Part shown: positions 19,842 through 30,227 of the stretch, piece by piece
Position numbering within the stretch: position 1 is the first letter of the stretch
Layout of the letters: every line of letters starts with the position of its first letter
Source of the DNA: Nitrospinota bacterium
GTDB lineage: Bacteria; Nitrospinota; Nitrospinia; Nitrospinales; VA-1
Direction of reading: 5' to 3'
Length of the DNA: 64,000 nt
Assembly: GCA_038108555.1 (NCBI GenBank)
Contig: JAYNIA010000006.1
Span: forward strand, 12,874-76,873
Program-made: the position numbers and the translations under genes
The notes under the pieces: generated by a model
What the model was told of the DNA's origin: nothing
Databases searched by the model: none
What the model saw: only the letters and a program-made list of their open reading frames with translations

Positions 19842-22800
19842 TGAAACTTATAGACCAATCAATTAGAAATTATCATACGGTTACGGTCATAATTGTTATG
19901 GCGTTGGTGGTGGGTGCTTTATGCTTTCAAACCCTTCCGAGACAGTTGACTCCTACTGTGGATAAACCCCAAATCGAAGTGAAGACCGAGTACCTTGGTT
20001 TGTCCCCCAATGAAGTAGAACGCAACATCAGCCGGCGTCTGGAAGAACAGCTTGAGTCTGTCGAGGGGATGAAGAAGATGACCTCGACCAGTCAACACGG
20101 ATTGAGCACCATCAACCTTGAGTTTGAATGGGGCATTGACAAAAATCTTGCTGTGCTTGATGTGAATAATAAATTGCAGCAGGTGAAAGACCTTCCTATT
20201 AATGCAGACAAACCCACGTTGCGGTCGATATCCAGTGATAACTCCAGTCCCATCATGTGGATCGTATTTGACAAACCCGATGAGAAGATGCCGGATCTGA
20301 ATCAGAACTATATGTACAAAATCGGGGAGGATATTATTGTTCCTTCTTTAAGAAGGATTAAGGGGATTGCAGATGTATGGCATTTCGGAGGTGAGGAGCG
20401 CGAAATGCGTGTCGAGTTTAATCCCTACAGCCTGGCACGGCTGCGGTTGACTTATAAAGAGGTGATAGATCGTCTCACGGAAGAAAACCAGAATACCCGT
20501 GCCGGGTTTCACGATGAAGAAAACCGGGCTTATACCGTTCGCGGGCTGGGTGAATTTATAAATCCGGAAGACATTCTTGATACGGTTATAAAAAGGGATG
20601 GTGACCGGACCATCCGGGTGCGTGATTTTGCAACGGTGGTCGATGGTTACCAAAGAACCGATTCCCTGGTGCGTATCAGCGGAAATTTATCAAACGCATT
20701 TGGAGTGATTCGCAAAGCGGGTGCCAACGTTGTAGAAACATGTAACCTCGCGGCCGAACGGGTTAAAGTTTTAAATCAGGAACTGCTGAATCGCGGAATT
20801 CCCCTAAAGTTAAAAATTGTTTACAAGGATGTAGATTACATCGATGAGGCAATGCGCCTTGTAAAATCGAACCTCGGGTTGGGTGCCGTCCTTGCGGTTG
20901 CTGTTTTGCTGGTCTTTCTTGGGTCAGCGCGGTCATTGTTGATCGTTGCGATCAGCATTCCCGTTAGTCTGGTGTCCGTTTTTATTATTTTGAAAATGTT
21001 AGGGCGAAGTATCAACATCATTTCGCTCGCAGGTATGGCCTTTGCCGTAGGCATGGTGGTAGATAATTCTATTGTGGTCCTTGAAAATATTTATCGCCAC
21101 TTAACCATGAAGAAGGGGGTTTTAAAAGCTGCCTACGATGGGGCCTCCGAAGTGTGGGGAGCTGTGTTAGCTTCGACATTGACAACTTTGGCGGTGTTCC
21201 TTCCTATTGTGTTCATTGAAGAAGAAGCCGGGCAAATGTTTCGCGACATTGCAATCACGATCAGTGGTTGTATCGCGCTTTCATTATTGGTGTCTATCAC
21301 CGTTATTCCCACTCTGACCACTTTGTTGATCCGGTTGAAACCGGGCGAGGAATACAAACCGGGATTCTTTCACCGCACCTTGTTCCGTCCTGTAGTGTTG
21401 ATAGGTAAGGGAATCGGAAATGCCTATTCCGGATTGATGGCTCGTATACTCCATAATTCTTTTTTCAGTGTTTTGATGCGAATAGGAATTCTTGTGGGTG
21501 TTTGCTGGATGCTGTGGTATAGCGGCCAGGTTTTGCCTAAAAAAGATTATCTTCCCTATGGAAATACAAATATGGTGTTCATGATGATTGAACCAGTTGC
21601 AGGAACACCTGCTTCAACCAACATGAAATATCTGGCGGAATATGAAAAAAAGATTGTCAACATGGAAGATGTAAACAGAAACTTTTTGGTTTTTTCTCCC
21701 AGGTTCAATGGCGGCGGAGCCATCATTGAAAAAGATCTGGCACAGGGACAACGGGGAGAAGTAAAGATGGCTGTGAAGGCAAATGAAATGGGAGGCGATA
21801 TTTTTGTCATTCCCGGATACCGGTTTGCATTTGCCGTACAGCGTCCTATTTTCCGCTCTGCGGATAAAACATTTGAGGTGGAAATTACCGGACCTGAAAT
21901 TCTCAAGCTGAAAGATATTGCCATGGGTTTGATTGGTAGAATCTCTGGAATCTCGGGTGTCCATTCGGTGCGCCCCGAATTTAAATTTGGAAACCCGGAA
22001 CTTCGATTCATTCCCAGAAGGGAAGATGCGGCAAGGTTGGAATTGGGAATGAAGGAAATAGGAGATATTGTTGAGTCTTTAAACGCGGGAAAATATTTAG
22101 GTGAGTTCAACGACCGGGGCGAGCCTATTGATTTTGTCCTGGTCCAGAAAAAGGACGATAAAAAACTGGGCCTCGAAGATTATCGCTCTCTCCCCATTTG
22201 GACAGACCAGGAATTAATGACCCACCTGGGTCATCTGGCAGATATTGAGATTGATGCCGGTCCCGCCAGGATAGACCATATAGGAACGGAACGGGCGATT
22301 AAACTCCGGGTGCAGGTGCGAAAAGATATACCCATGCAAACCGTCATCGATAATGTGGAAGAAAAAGTATTGGGACCGACCCGGCTTACTTTGAATGAAG
22401 AGTTTGGCTTGAGGATCGGAGGTTCTGCGGATGAATTGGCTTCTACAGAGAAATCCCTGGCGAATAGTTTCGCCTATGCCGTAGGATTCATTTATCTTCT
22501 CCTCGTCGCCTTGTTCTCATCTTTTATCCGTCCTTTTATTGTTATGCTTACCGTGATCCTTGCGGTTTCAGGGTCTTTTCTGGGAATCACCTGGAACAAC
22601 TGGTACCAGAGGGGAAACATACTGAGCATATTGGAGGAATGGAAGGTTCCAAATGCACAGGCGATGGCCGAAGGTTGGAACTGGATTACCTTCGATATCC
22701 TCACTCAGTTGGGTGTGGTTATCCTGGCTGGAATTGTTGTGAACAATGCTATCTTGATCGTCCATCAAATGCTGAACAATATTAAAGCCGGGATGGAAGA

Positions 22801-23089
22801 GAGACAAGCGCTGCTGGTTTCCTGTGAAACCCGACTGCGTCCCATCATGATGACGGTTATATCCAGTGTCTTTGGAATGATTCCGCTCGCCTTTGGTGAA
22901 GGTGCCGGTACGGAATTGTACCGGGGAATGGGGACTGCATTGATAGGCGGTTTGAGCATATCAACTCTTTTTACGTTGTTCCTCGTTCCTGTTCTTATAT
23001 CGCTTGCTATTGATTTAGGAATTCACACCACAAAAGATGACCTGGTGAAAGATTCGCTGCAATCGAATCCGGAACCCAATCCTTCATAA
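19841..23089 (+). CDS. RND efflux permease (AcrB/AcrD/AcrF family)
   Basis: 1082 aa; GMVVDNSIVVLENI, GIVVNNAIL, RLRPIMMT motifs. Confidence 0.95.
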   Translation: MKLIDQSIRNYHTVTVIIVMALVVGALCFQTLPRQLTPTVDKPQIEVKTEYLGLSPNEVERNISRRLEEQLESVEGMKKMTSTSQHGLSTINLEFEWGIDKNLAVLDVNNKLQQVKDLPINADKPTLRSISSDNSSPIMWIVFDKPDEKMPDLNQNYMYKIGEDIIVPSLRRIKGIADVWHFGGEEREMRVEFNPYSLARLRLTYKEVIDRLTEENQNTRAGFHDEENRAYTVRGLGEFINPEDILDTVIKRDGDRTIRVRDFATVVDGYQRTDSLVRISGNLSNAFGVIRKAGANVVETCNLAAERVKVLNQELLNRGIPLKLKIVYKDVDYIDEAMRLVKSNLGLGAVLAVAVLLVFLGSARSLLIVAISIPVSLVSVFIILKMLGRSINIISLAGMAFAVGMVVDNSIVVLENIYRHLTMKKGVLKAAYDGASEVWGAVLASTLTTLAVFLPIVFIEEEAGQMFRDIAITISGCIALSLLVSITVIPTLTTLLIRLKPGEEYKPGFFHRTLFRPVVLIGKGIGNAYSGLMARILHNSFFSVLMRIGILVGVCWMLWYSGQVLPKKDYLPYGNTNMVFMMIEPVAGTPASTNMKYLAEYEKKIVNMEDVNRNFLVFSPRFNGGGAIIEKDLAQGQRGEVKMAVKANEMGGDIFVIPGYRFAFAVQRPIFRSADKTFEVEITGPEILKLKDIAMGLIGRISGISGVHSVRPEFKFGNPELRFIPRREDAARLELGMKEIGDIVESLNAGKYLGEFNDRGEPIDFVLVQKKDDKKLGLEDYRSLPIWTDQELMTHLGHLADIEIDAGPARIDHIGTERAIKLRVQVRKDIPMQTVIDNVEEKVLGPTRLTLNEEFGLRIGGSADELASTEKSLANSFAYAVGFIYLLLVALFSSFIRPFIVMLTVILAVSGSFLGITWNNWYQRGNILSILEEWKVPNAQAMAEGWNWITFDILTQLGVVILAGIVVNNAILIVHQMLNNIKAGMEERQALLVSCETRLRPIMMTVISSVFGMIPLAFGEGAGTELYRGMGTALIGGLSISTLFTLFLVPVLISLAIDLGIHTTKDDLVKDSLQSNPEPNPS

Positions 23090-23095
23090 AACAGA

Positions 23096-23773
23096 TTAGA
23101 TTTTTTCTGATGGCCAGTGAGAAGGGGGCGATGCTTCCACGCAAACTTCTTCTTTGCTGACAGGGTGTTTGAACATCAGACGATGTGCGTAAAGTGCGAT
23201 TTGCCTTTCGGGAAGAGAGGTGGTCGCGCCATATTTTTTGTCCCCGTAAATGGGATGTCCAATGAATGAAAGTTGCGCCCGTATTTGATGAAACCTTCCT
23301 GTGTGCAGTTGGATCTCCAGCAGGCTTTTATCTTCACAGTTTTCCAATGTTTTGTATTCCAGCTCCGCATGTTGAGTATCTTTTCCGGATCGTTTGAAAA
23401 CGGTAGTCTTGAGCGATTTTTCTTTCCTCAGGTGGTGCGTGAGGGTCGCTTGTTTGGGATCGGGAGTTCCTTCCACAACAGCCCGATAAATTTTTTGTGT
23501 GGTCTTCTCACGAAACTGTTGGGATAAACGGGAAGCGGCTTTGGAAGTGCGCGCAAATAAAACCACACCGGATACATTTCGATCTAGCCGGTGAACCAAT
23601 CCCAGAAACACATTACCCGGCTTGTTAAATTCATCTTTAATCCATTTTTTAACCAGATCCATTAAGGATTCGGAACCGGAATCATTTGCCTGGGTTAAAA
23701 TTCCCGGAGGTTTGCAAACAGCGATTAAATGATTGTCCAAATAGAGGATGGATAATTCATTGGGGTGGGGCAA
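23096..23773 (-). CDS. RluA family pseudouridine synthase
   Basis: KPPG, VHRLDRNVSG, TGRFHQIR, GHPIYGDKKYG. Confidence 0.93.
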   Translation of the reverse strand: MPHPNELSILYLDNHLIAVCKPPGILTQANDSGSESLMDLVKKWIKDEFNKPGNVFLGLVHRLDRNVSGVVLFARTSKAASRLSQQFREKTTQKIYRAVVEGTPDPKQATLTHHLRKEKSLKTTVFKRSGKDTQHAELEYKTLENCEDKSLLEIQLHTGRFHQIRAQLSFIGHPIYGDKKYGATTSLPERQIALYAHRLMFKHPVSKEEVCVEASPPSHWPSEKI

Positions 23774-24425
23774 TCTTAAGGTCCTTTACATCGGTGAGTT
23801 TTAAGCCGTCACTTCCTACGATGCCTCCTGAGACAACGTACTTGATACCATCTTCGATGGACATGTCCACTTCCGTAAGTTCTTCAGGCGGGGCGAAGAT
23901 TAGAAACCCGGAGGTAGGGTTCGGCATCGTCGGCACAAAAACATTGAGTACGTCTTCGTGAGTGTAATCCTGTACTTCGCCACGGGCTGAGCCGGTGACA
24001 AATCCAATCGCCAGCATTCCCCGGCGGGGAAATTCAATCAAAACCACTTTGCGAAACGCACTGGTATCTGCATGGGCGATCGATTGCACCACCTGCTTCG
24101 AACCTTTGTAGATTCGGCGGACAAAAGGAATTTTCTCAACAATTTTTTCACCCAAATGGAGAAACCGTTTTCCAAAAAAGTTGGTGGTGAACCATCCGAC
24201 CAAGAGAACAATAAGCAAGGTAATGACCAGCCCGAGTGCTGGAATCCGGTATCCTTCAGGAATCGGTGCCCCCATATCGATAAGCATTTTTGTGAAAACT
24301 GGTGACAGGGCATCGAGATTCTTGAAAAGGAACTGTAATATGAAATAAGTTAGTGCGATGGGAAGGGTGATCAACAACCCGGTGATAAAAACATTTCGAA
24401 TTCGGCGTTGCAGTTTTTTAAACAC
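23757..24425 (-). CDS. DUF502 family membrane protein
   Basis: Two N-terminal TMs, IPFVRRIY, VVLIEFPR, VFVPTMPNPTSGF, VSGG. Confidence 0.9.
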   Translation of the reverse strand: MFKKLQRRIRNVFITGLLITLPIALTYFILQFLFKNLDALSPVFTKMLIDMGAPIPEGYRIPALGLVITLLIVLLVGWFTTNFFGKRFLHLGEKIVEKIPFVRRIYKGSKQVVQSIAHADTSAFRKVVLIEFPRRGMLAIGFVTGSARGEVQDYTHEDVLNVFVPTMPNPTSGFLIFAPPEELTEVDMSIEDGIKYVVSGGIVGSDGLKLTDVKDLKIAPPQ

Positions 24426-24558
24426 GGTGCCCGCTCGGTTAACTGGAAGGGAATTTAATTTTCGACTGGTTAATACAAAAATTTTCTAAAAGTTTCATTA
24501 TATTATATAGGGAATGGGCGTTAAGGCAATAGTGCCGGAATGAAGGTAGGATTTACAC

Positions 24559-24586
24559 TTGACAGGAGCCGTATAATCGCTAATAT
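24559..24586 (+). promoter_or_regulatory. sigma70-type promoter for the tRNA
   Basis: TTGACA (24559-24564), 16 nt, TAATAT, about 35 nt upstream of the tRNA. Confidence 0.55.
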
Positions 24587-24620
24587 CAATCCGTTAGAGT
24601 TAAATAAATGAAAATATACT

Positions 24621-24693
<73 letters not shown>

Positions 24694-24701
24694 TATTTTT
24701 T

Positions 24702-24734
24702 AAAGGGCTTGGTCAAATTGACCAGGCCCTTTTT
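24702..24734 (+). terminator. intrinsic terminator after tRNA-Ala
   Basis: AAAGGGCTTGGTCA-AAT-TGACCAGGCCCTTTTT. Confidence 0.85.
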
Positions 24735-24867
24735 ATATTTGTTTAAATGGTTTGGTTGTGAAAATTAGCAATTTATCATTCATCTGAAATGCTCAATATA
24801 AGTTGGTTTCAGATGAGCTGGTAAGACAGATGCGGGGAGATAGATTTAGGGAGTTGGTTCCTGGTGG

Positions 24868-25275
24868 TTAAAATTTCCAAAACTTAAATATAATGGTCAG
24901 GCCCAGAATCAGTATGCCGAGGTTGGACAAAATTACAGCCGCTCCGGCAATATCTTTAATTTTCTTAATTTCAGGGTGGATTTTGGGGTGCAAAAAATCG
25001 ATCAAGGATTCTATAGCGGTATTTAAAAGTTCTAATGATATAACAAAAAGAAAAGCGATGATCGCCATGCACCACCATAAAACTGGCGGATTCGAAATTA
25101 CTAGAACCCCCAGCATCAAAATAAATCCTATAATTTGGTTTCTAAAACTCTTCTCTTCTTTCCAGGCAGTTTGAATTCCTTCCATGCCCAAAACAATCCT
25201 ACTTATAATAGTCCCATCTTTAGGGGAGTAGTCTTTGGTGAATCGACGAGTTTCCAGTTTTATAGATTTTGACAT
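24868..25275 (-). CDS. dgkA: diacylglycerol/undecaprenol kinase (DgkA family)
   Basis: GI..AWKEEKSFR, LELLNTAIESLID, KKIKDIAGAAV; start taken at MSKSIKLE. Confidence 0.85.
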   Translation of the reverse strand: MSKSIKLETRRFTKDYSPKDGTIISRIVLGMEGIQTAWKEEKSFRNQIIGFILMLGVLVISNPPVLWWCMAIIAFLFVISLELLNTAIESLIDFLHPKIHPEIKKIKDIAGAAVILSNLGILILGLTIIFKFWKF

Positions 25276-25468
25276 GAGTAAATTATACAAAAATAATTTC
25301 ATAAATCTTGTTAAATTTGTAGGGAAAGGTCGAAACCCAAATAAATTAGTTGTTATTATTTTTTTAAATTCCTGCTCTAATCTGATTCCCAAAGCGAATA
25401 TTTGCAGTTTTTTAGGAATTTAGCAATAGTATTTGGGTAAATGGAAAATAAACAATGAAAGTTGGAAA

Positions 25469-26458
25469 ATGAAAAAAGTCAAGTATTTTGCGCTATTTGC
25501 AGGCCTATGTCTGTTGACGGTCATCATCATATTACAGGGTATTGGTGAAGTTTTAGGAGTTTTAACCAGGGTTGGTGGACACGTTTTCTATCTTTTCATT
25601 TATTTTATATTTCCTTTAGGTTCCACCGTTTTGGCAACCTATATTCTGATTCCCAAACGGCGAAGGCCAGAGCCCGGAAACCAGTGGTTTGGAAATTTAT
25701 TGGTCAATTCAGTGAATTGGTTATTGCCAGTGGCTCAGATCGGAGGCTGGATCGCCAGAGTCCATTGGCTTTCAAGAAGGGGGATGCCCGTTACCCTTGC
25801 AGGAGCCAGTTCTTTTGTGGACCTGACAATTCAGGCTTTTGCCCAAAGCCTGGTAGGGATTTTAGGGCTGATTCTTTTAATATTTCTATTTTGGCAGGAA
25901 AAAACACTTATTTATTCCGGCATTTTGATCGCTGTTCTTCTTTTATCAGCTGTCTATGTTTTATTTAAGATTCAAAAAAAAGGATTGTTTTTTTACCTGA
26001 AAAAATTTTTTAAAAGCGCATCTTTTGGGCGGGAGTTGGCTAAATATGTAGAAAACTTTCAGGAGATTGATCTGGAGGTCAAGGCCCTGTATTCCAACCG
26101 GAATAGGGTAATTATTTCAGTTTTATTCAGGTTTCTTGCACGAATGTTATTAGCGGGTGAAATATTTATCGTATTTTATATTTTGGGCCATCCCATAAAC
26201 TTTCTTGATGCAATATTTTTGGAAAGCCTTGGGCAAACGATCAGGGCGGCTTCGTTCCTGGTCCCCGGATCCTATGGCATCCAAGAGGGAGGGTATGTTG
26301 TTCTTGGCATAATGCTTGGGCTTCCAACAGGTTATTGTCTTGCAATGGCACTAACCAAAAGAGCCCGCGAATTATTTTTAGGAGGATTTACACTCTTTTA
26401 TTGGCAGTGGAGGGAAGGAAAGAGCATATTAAAATTCTCAGAAAACAAGCTTAGTTAA
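25469..26458 (+). CDS. lysylphosphatidylglycerol-synthase TM domain / HpnL-like putative flippase
   Basis: NWLLPVAQIGG, FLVPGSYGIQEGGYV, KRAREL; multi-pass membrane protein; ATG 25469. Confidence 0.8.
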   Translation: MKKVKYFALFAGLCLLTVIIILQGIGEVLGVLTRVGGHVFYLFIYFIFPLGSTVLATYILIPKRRRPEPGNQWFGNLLVNSVNWLLPVAQIGGWIARVHWLSRRGMPVTLAGASSFVDLTIQAFAQSLVGILGLILLIFLFWQEKTLIYSGILIAVLLLSAVYVLFKIQKKGLFFYLKKFFKSASFGRELAKYVENFQEIDLEVKALYSNRNRVIISVLFRFLARMLLAGEIFIVFYILGHPINFLDAIFLESLGQTIRAASFLVPGSYGIQEGGYVVLGIMLGLPTGYCLAMALTKRARELFLGGFTLFYWQWREGKSILKFSENKLS

Positions 26459-26494
26459 TAAAAAAACAGGATTGATATTTAGAACGAAATTAAG

Positions 26495-28294
26495 GTGAAA
26501 AGTCCTTCGACTTCAAATAATCTAATGCCCCCAGTAAATTCAAATGCCTTTAGTTTTCGGAATGTCTGCCTTGTCTTTTCATTCTTTGCGTTGACCGTAA
26601 TTGTGTTCTTTAATTCCCTGGGAAATGATTTTGTTTTTGATGATACCCATTACATTAAAGAAAACTATTTGATAAAAGCTCTGGATCTTCCGGGCTTGTG
26701 GAATATTTTTTCATCATTTTATGTTTGGGATTACCTCCCTTTAACTTTTGTCTCATTCGGCATAGATTACGGGTTGTTTGGTTTGGACCCTGCCGGTTAC
26801 CACCTCACCAATTTATTGCTTCATTTTGTTAATTCCTACCTGACTTATAGATTGGTTTTCCACATTACCCAGTCTGGGAAAATTGCCCTATGGACTGCAA
26901 TTATATTTTTGACACATCCTATTCAGGTGGAAAGTGTGTCCTGGATTTCGGAAAGAAAGAATCTGCTCTCATTTGCATTCTTTGCCGGTTCGTTTATTTG
27001 TTACCTGCGGGGAGATTCCCGGAAACTGTCTCTGGTTTTATTTGGTATGGCATGTTTGTCTAAGTCATCCGTGGTAATCCTTCCTTTATTGCTGATAATT
27101 TATGACATTTCATTTAATGAAAAAAAGATAATGAATGCTTTGGTGGATAAGGTGCCATATTTCCTGATATCTTTGGTAAGTGCTGCTTTAACCTTACTTT
27201 CCCATTCGACCGGAGAAACTATAAAAGAGCATTCCGACCAAAACCCGCTTTTTACCTTTTTCAGCATGTTGGCTGTTTTAAAAGAATATATTCTTAAAAT
27301 ATTTCTCCCGGTCAACCTGAACGTTTGGTATCCAAGTCAAATTTATAAAAGTTTTTATGAGCCGCAAGTCATGATTTCGGCAATAGTGATGACGGTTTAT
27401 TTTGTCCTGCTTTGGTGGGGCTATAAAAATAAGCGTATTGTTTTTTTCGGTTTGGCCTGGTTTTTAATAGCTCTACTACCCAATTCGCAAATAGTGCCTA
27501 TGGAGATAATAATGGCTGACCGCTTTCTTTACATTCCTTTAGTGGGGTTTTCCATCGCATTGGGTTCAATGATCCGTGGCTCCAGGAAAAAAGAAGGGTT
27601 ATTGATTGTGTCCGTGTTAGTGCTGATTTGTTTGTTGAGCGTAAATCGAAATTCAGTTTTTAAAAATGATTTTTTATTATGGAAAGACAGCGTCGCAAGG
27701 AACCCGAATAATACATTTTCTTTGATGTTCTATGGGGTAAGCCATTGGGAAAAAGGCGACCATGATCATGCATTGGAAAGCTTAAAACAGGCAAAAATTA
27801 TTGAACCCGCTAATGAAAAAGCGGCCCTTTATTCTGCGCACATATATAAGGAAAAAAAAGAGTGGAACAAGGCAGAAGCTCTTTATAAGGAGTTGGCGAG
27901 GAAGCACCCGAAGAATGCAAAATATTTAAACCACCTTGCCGTATTTTGGGATAAACGTGGGAAAACAAAAAAAAGTATTGAAACTATAAACCAGGCTATC
28001 AAGCTGGATCCTGAACTTGGATTGGCTCATTTTAATCGTGGGGTTTTTCTGAATAAGGTGGGAGATTCCAAAGGAGCTCTGGATTCTTTTAAGAAAGCAG
28101 TTGTGTTGGAACAGAATTGGGCGCATGCCCATCATACATTGGGGATGTTTTATATTAAGCGAACCGATCGTCCCGAATTTGGAATAAGGCATTTAAACCA
28201 AAGCCTCCGCCTCGACCCGGACCAGCCGCAGGCTGAAAAGATTCAGCAAACCCTTTTTTCTATTTTGTTTAAAAAGCCAAAATATCCTAATTAA
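26495..28294 (+). CDS. TMTC-like GT-C membrane glycosyltransferase with TPRs
   Basis: NDFVFDD, YLPLT, YHLTNLLLH, HPIQVESVSWISERK, SK, ADRFLYIP, LWKD then TPRs. Confidence 0.85.
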   Translation: MKSPSTSNNLMPPVNSNAFSFRNVCLVFSFFALTVIVFFNSLGNDFVFDDTHYIKENYLIKALDLPGLWNIFSSFYVWDYLPLTFVSFGIDYGLFGLDPAGYHLTNLLLHFVNSYLTYRLVFHITQSGKIALWTAIIFLTHPIQVESVSWISERKNLLSFAFFAGSFICYLRGDSRKLSLVLFGMACLSKSSVVILPLLLIIYDISFNEKKIMNALVDKVPYFLISLVSAALTLLSHSTGETIKEHSDQNPLFTFFSMLAVLKEYILKIFLPVNLNVWYPSQIYKSFYEPQVMISAIVMTVYFVLLWWGYKNKRIVFFGLAWFLIALLPNSQIVPMEIIMADRFLYIPLVGFSIALGSMIRGSRKKEGLLIVSVLVLICLLSVNRNSVFKNDFLLWKDSVARNPNNTFSLMFYGVSHWEKGDHDHALESLKQAKIIEPANEKAALYSAHIYKEKKEWNKAEALYKELARKHPKNAKYLNHLAVFWDKRGKTKKSIETINQAIKLDPELGLAHFNRGVFLNKVGDSKGALDSFKKAVVLEQNWAHAHHTLGMFYIKRTDRPEFGIRHLNQSLRLDPDQPQAEKIQQTLFSILFKKPKYPN

Positions 28295-29532
28295 TTTTGT
28301 GTGTGCTTAATAGGACCCACAGGTGTTTCCTTTAAATAGTGGCTGAAAGTGAAATACAGCTGTTGCATGGCAAGTGGAGAAAAAACCGTTGTAAGCGCAA
28401 TGACAATCACCATACCCGCGTAAATTTCGTTGCTGAAGATTTCACTTTCCCTCCCCAATTCAGCAAAGATGAGTCCCACCTCTCCGCGCGGTACCATAGC
28501 GGTTCCAATGATCCACCGCATGGGCCACGATTCCCTGATGAACCAGGGACCCATTAATTTCCCCACAACCGCAATAACCAAAAGTGTCATAGAAAATGCC
28601 CATATGAAAGGAGAGCTCCAATCGATTTCACGAAGGTTGAGTGACATTCCTACCATGACGAAGAAAATGGGGGTGAACAAATGAATGATGGATTTCATTT
28701 CTGTTTCTATACGTTCGGCGAACGATGGGTCGGCATGCAAGGCGACCCCAAAGGGTAACAAGAAGCGTCTGGATAATGCTAACCCTGCTGCAAATCCGCC
28801 GAGCAGTTCCGGAGCTCCCATCAGATGAGCGAGCCATGCGAAAAGCAGGACCAGGGAAACGATGGTGGTGGGAATCAAACCAGGAATTTCCGTAGTTGTG
28901 TTCACATGTTTGATAATGGTGGACATTAGCTTGGCCGCCACCGGTGCAAGGAAAAAAAAGACTGCCACGAACGATATCACTTTCCCTGCATTGCCCAGTG
29001 TGACACCTCCACCCACCGAAAACTCGTAAAGTAATGCTAGAAGGACAACTCCCATAACATCATCCAGAATTGCCGCTCCTAAAATGATTTGTCCCTCTGT
29101 GGAGTGATGGCGTTTGAGATCGGAAAGCACCCGGGCAGTGATGCCGATACTCGTTGCAGTAAGGGTTCCGCCTATGAATAGAGATACCAGGAAATCGAGG
29201 CCGAAAATCCAATAGCCGACGCTAAATCCAAACAGGAGAGGAATTGCAAAACCCGTGACAGCCACTATTAAGGACTTTCTGCCTGAACGTGTCAACTGTT
29301 GAAGATCGGTTCCCAGGCCAACTTCGAATAAGAGCAGAATGATGCCAATCTCAGCCATGAGTTGGATAGCTTCTATGGGTTCTATCCAACCCAGCAAACT
29401 GGGGCCAAGCACCACGCCAGCGATAAGCTCTCCGATGACAGAAGGTCCTTTTAGCCTGACGGTCAACTCTGCAAAGACACGTGCAGTAAGAAGAATAATT
29501 AACAGGATAAGAAAAAAATCGTGGGCATGCAT
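28291..29532 (-). CDS. cation:proton antiporter (CPA2, Na+/H+ exchanger family)
   Basis: GELIAGVVLGP, ATSIGIT, AAILDDV, PIFFV, MVPRGEVGL. Confidence 0.92.
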   Translation of the reverse strand: MHAHDFFLILLIILLTARVFAELTVRLKGPSVIGELIAGVVLGPSLLGWIEPIEAIQLMAEIGIILLLFEVGLGTDLQQLTRSGRKSLIVAVTGFAIPLLFGFSVGYWIFGLDFLVSLFIGGTLTATSIGITARVLSDLKRHHSTEGQIILGAAILDDVMGVVLLALLYEFSVGGGVTLGNAGKVISFVAVFFFLAPVAAKLMSTIIKHVNTTTEIPGLIPTTIVSLVLLFAWLAHLMGAPELLGGFAAGLALSRRFLLPFGVALHADPSFAERIETEMKSIIHLFTPIFFVMVGMSLNLREIDWSSPFIWAFSMTLLVIAVVGKLMGPWFIRESWPMRWIIGTAMVPRGEVGLIFAELGRESEIFSNEIYAGMVIVIALTTVFSPLAMQQLYFTFSHYLKETPVGPIKHTQN

Positions 29533-30227
29533 TAAAGGTCCAAAATTGTTTTTTGAACATCGGGAGTTTTTGAAGAGATTTTAGTTGCCCCTCCCTTCTT
29601 AAAACGAAAATCACAATGATCGCACCCATCGGCAAGGGTTTGTGTCCGGGTAAGTCCCCAGCCAAGGGCATCACTTAGCGCAATATCAGACATGCAGACA
29701 TAAGGGGCAAATTCTTCACCTCCATTATTTTTCAAGAAATTAAGATTGCCACATTGGAGATAATTAACACCAAAGTCAAAATCATCTTCATCACCAATGA
29801 GGTACTCAATTTCAAAGTCTCCAAAACGACCTATTTCTCGATTTTTTGCGCGCCTTTTCATTAAGGTCATCGTGATTGGAGAAAACATAAAATATTTTAT
29901 GATCCATTTTTTCCATTTGGGTATAGTTTTCATTCTCAGCTTAAGAGCTTCGTGACACAATTCCCAGGCTTCCTTCGTTGATTTGCCCAGTTTCTTCATG
30001 GCTTTATAGACAGCAAGTTCCTGGGCTGTAATGAGGAGGAATTGGTTAAGAAATTTTCCTTGAATTCCTTTGATATAGGGGATCTTTGGGATTAGTTTTT
30101 CATATTCTTTAAAGCATTCAACCTTCAAACTTTTTGCGATCTTCGTCCCAAAGCGTGTAGTCAACACTGTTTCTAACAAGGTGGCGGTGAAATTTAAGTC
30201 TTTCAAAAGCGCTTCCTTGTTTGGCAT
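29532..30227 (-). CDS. L-2-amino-thiazoline-4-carboxylic acid hydrolase-like protein
   Basis: C-terminal YLQCG...VCMSD...LTRTQTLADGCDHCDFRF. Confidence 0.75.
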   Translation of the reverse strand: MPNKEALLKDLNFTATLLETVLTTRFGTKIAKSLKVECFKEYEKLIPKIPYIKGIQGKFLNQFLLITAQELAVYKAMKKLGKSTKEAWELCHEALKLRMKTIPKWKKWIIKYFMFSPITMTLMKRRAKNREIGRFGDFEIEYLIGDEDDFDFGVNYLQCGNLNFLKNNGGEEFAPYVCMSDIALSDALGWGLTRTQTLADGCDHCDFRFKKGGATKISSKTPDVQKTILDL

